From positions 768,001-832,000 of the forward strand of contig CAWCPV010000004.1 of NCBI GenBank assembly GCA_963797555.1: a stretch of 64,000 nucleotides of DNA, given 5' to 3'. The notes beneath the pieces were generated by a model that saw nothing but the letters and a program-made list of their open reading frames with translations, ran no database searches and was not told the origin of the DNA. Below are positions 62,307 to 64,000 of this stretch, in pieces (positions within the stretch are counted from its first letter, which is position 1; each line of letters opens with the position of its first letter). The stretch is from an uncultured Gammaproteobacteria bacterium (GTDB taxonomy: Bacteria > Pseudomonadota > Gammaproteobacteria > CAWCPV01). The position numbers and the translations under genes were made by a program.

Positions 62307-64000
62307 GGTTGCCCCTCCAGGTCGTCGTCACAGCCACGTTCTCGCTCTTGAACAACACCGGTAACGGCGGTAACGCGGTAACGAACGTCCTCCATCCCTT
62401 GTGTCTCTAGGGGTTGTTCCGTTACCGCTCCCCTATGTGTACCGGTAACGGTGGTAACGGTACGCTGGGTGTTACCAGCGGTACCGCTGTTGCTACCGCT
62501 ACTACCGTTACCGTCGTTACCAGTCCTTGAACACTCACTCTCTCTCGAAGAAGAAGAGGGTAGAGGGTTACCGTTACCTCTCCACATAGGCGTATAGCGC
62601 CCATCCACGCGGTGGTGCAGCTCTCCGGCGTGCGCCATGGTCCACAACAGCTTCCCCACCGTGCCATAAGGCTTGCCGAGCGCCGCGGTAATGTCCTTGC
62701 GGCTGAGCGGTCCCTTGTCGCGCAACAGGTCTATGACTTCCTGCCGCTCCCGCGAGCGCTTGAACTCCTCAGCGTCACCCATGCCATGCCATGTACACGT
62801 ATCGGGACGCCATTCGAGCGCTAGGTCCGCCTCCTCTACGTCTCGGCCGCGCAGGTGAAGGAACGCGTCGGCGCGTCCGTGCTCCTTGGCGAGAATCAAC
62901 ACAGAGTCAGCCGCACCGCTCAGCCCGAGCGTACCTGACACGGTGTCGAACGGGTCTGCCGCGCCCATCTTGCGCAGGTGATGTATGAGTAGCAGCGCCA
63001 CGCCATGCGCGTCGGCAACGGCCTTGAGCGCGGCCACGGCCTCGTAGTCTGCCGCGTAGGCGTTTTGCTCGCGGGTCTGCTCCGCCCGGATGCGAGCGAG
63101 GGTATCGACGGCGACGAGACGAGCGCCGGGGTGGTCAGTGAGCCACGCCTTGAGCGCCTCGCACGCCTCGGCGCCGCGGGGCCAATCGGTTACAAGGTGC
63201 AGCCGCTCGGGGAATGCCGCGAGGGTGGCGAGCCGCTTCTTGAGTCGCCTGGGGGTGTCCTCCAGGGCCAGGTAAAGCACGTCTCCGGCCTCGACTCGGG
63301 AGGTCCCGAGCGCGACTCCGCCAGACGCGACGGCGACTCCCAGCCCGAGCGCGAGCCAGGACTTGCCCACCTTGGGCTTGCCCGCGAAGAGACTGAGCCC
63401 TTCGGGGAGAACTCCAGGGACAGCCCACTTGGGTTCGGGGAACTCGCGATGGGCCAGATCGGCGGCGGTGAAGGGTGCCGGGGCCTCGGTGCCGGGTGTC
63501 GGCGGCGCATCGCCGGCAGCCGCACGCCATCCATGTTCCACCGCTCGCGTCTCGCCGGGGATGTCCACGGGCACGATCACACCGGCTGTGTCCGTCTCCC
63601 GCACCAGCTCCGCGAGCCGCTCCACCGCATGCCGCGCCCACTCGGGGCCGAGCCCAGCCCGGCGAAGGTCTCCTCCGACGCGCAGGCACTGCGCGTGGCG
63701 TCCACGCTCCGGGTGGCGATGCGTGCGCTCGGCCGCCTGCGCGACAATGCGCGTCACGATGGAGCGCGCGCGGCGGTCTGCGGGGTCGTAGGGCAGTGGG
63801 TCGGGGTCGGCGCCGTTACCCGGTCGGGCCTCGGCTCTCGGGGCCTCCCGTGGTGCGAGCAGCTCCACCAGCCAGGCGGGCGGGTCGGCCAGCTCGGTCT
63901 CGTCCGGTGACAGCCCCGGTGCCCAGGCATACGCGGCGCCGGTGGGATGCACCGATGGCGGCACCACGTGATACCCGCCCTGCCCGCGAGTATCCACGCC
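62303..64000 (-). CDS. Prim-Pol / AAA_25 (RepA-like) helicase replication protein, 5' end off-window
   Basis: DTRGQGGYHVVPPSVHPTG..YAW (bifunctional primase/polymerase). GKPKVGKS Walker A, VLYLALED, LVAVDTL, LLIHHLRK, SGTLGLSGAAD. C-terminal wHTH. Confidence 0.92.
   Translation of the reverse strand, partial: GVDTRGQGGYHVVPPSVHPTGAAYAWAPGLSPDETELADPPAWLVELLAPREAPRAEARPGNGADPDPLPYDPADRRARSIVTRIVAQAAERTHRHPERGRHAQCLRVGGDLRRAGLGPEWARHAVERLAELVRETDTAGVIVPVDIPGETRAVEHGWRAAAGDAPPTPGTEAPAPFTAADLAHREFPEPKWAVPGVLPEGLSLFAGKPKVGKSWLALGLGVAVASGGVALGTSRVEAGDVLYLALEDTPRRLKKRLATLAAFPERLHLVTDWPRGAEACEALKAWLTDHPGARLVAVDTLARIRAEQTREQNAYAADYEAVAALKAVADAHGVALLLIHHLRKMGAADPFDTVSGTLGLSGAADSVLILAKEHGRADAFLHLRGRDVEEADLALEWRPDTCTWHGMGDAEEFKRSRERQEVIDLLRDKGPLSRKDITAALGKPYGTVGKLLWTMAHAGELHHRVDGRYTPMWRGNGNPLPSSSSRESECSRTGNDGNGSSGSNSGTAGNTQRTVTTVTGTHRGAVTEQPLETQGMEDVRYRVTAVTGVVQERERGCDDDLEGQP
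62360..62578. repeat. Iteron cluster (GGTAAC x5, GTTACC x6), putative replication origin
   Basis: GGTAAC at 62360, 62369, 62377, 62444 and 62453. GTTACC at 62421, 62471, 62507, 62516, 62567 and 62573. Confidence 0.75.

Larger units (their letters stand above)
57822..64000. mobile_element. PICI-like phage satellite / integrative element at tRNA-Lys (continues off-window)
   Basis: Begins at the tRNA 3' end. Repeated (AC)GTGTCA arm-like motifs at 57865, 57877 and 57900. Contains primase-helicase, small terminase and low-GC cargo. No capsid or TerL between terS and the tRNA. Confidence 0.7.

Overview
High-GC (about 65-68% by eye) gammaproteobacterial chromosome segment, probably a sulfur oxidiser (xseA, guaB-guaA-tadA, ypjD/ffh, SoxK-like gene). 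Scattered single-base frameshifts, even in essential ffh, point to long-read or MAG consensus errors. There are three accessory blocks. (1) 1-12.6 kb, minus strand, running off the left edge: a capsid-less contractile-tail operon. Order: unknown 315 aa, sheath, tube, an 88-aa tape-measure-C-terminus-like protein, a 1298-aa helical/TM protein ending in a PD-(D/E)xK nuclease-like domain, a SUKH/SMI1-like immunity gene, a PAAR-like tip, Dit-like and plug-like proteins, a VgrG-like hub-spike, gp25-like wedge, baseplate J. It reads as a non-canonical contractile injection system with a built-in toxin-immunity pair and is the best candidate for an undescribed system. (2) 25.8-39.6 kb: IS remnants (IS1634, IS1380), an RND efflux pair, two double-NTF2 genes sharing an identical 654-bp segment, an RRM gene, and three copies of a palindrome-cored repeat. 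(3) 57.8-64 kb: a PICI-like phage satellite next to tRNA-Lys(UUU), with a primase-helicase carrying 11 GGTAAC iterons, a lambda Nu1-like small terminase preceded by a cosQ-like site, and cargo genes. The rest is housekeeping or envelope genes (glycosyltransferases, MoxR-DUF58-transglutaminase, FieF, NYN, etc.). No CRISPR array or rRNA was seen. All family assignments come from motif recognition by eye, not database searches.
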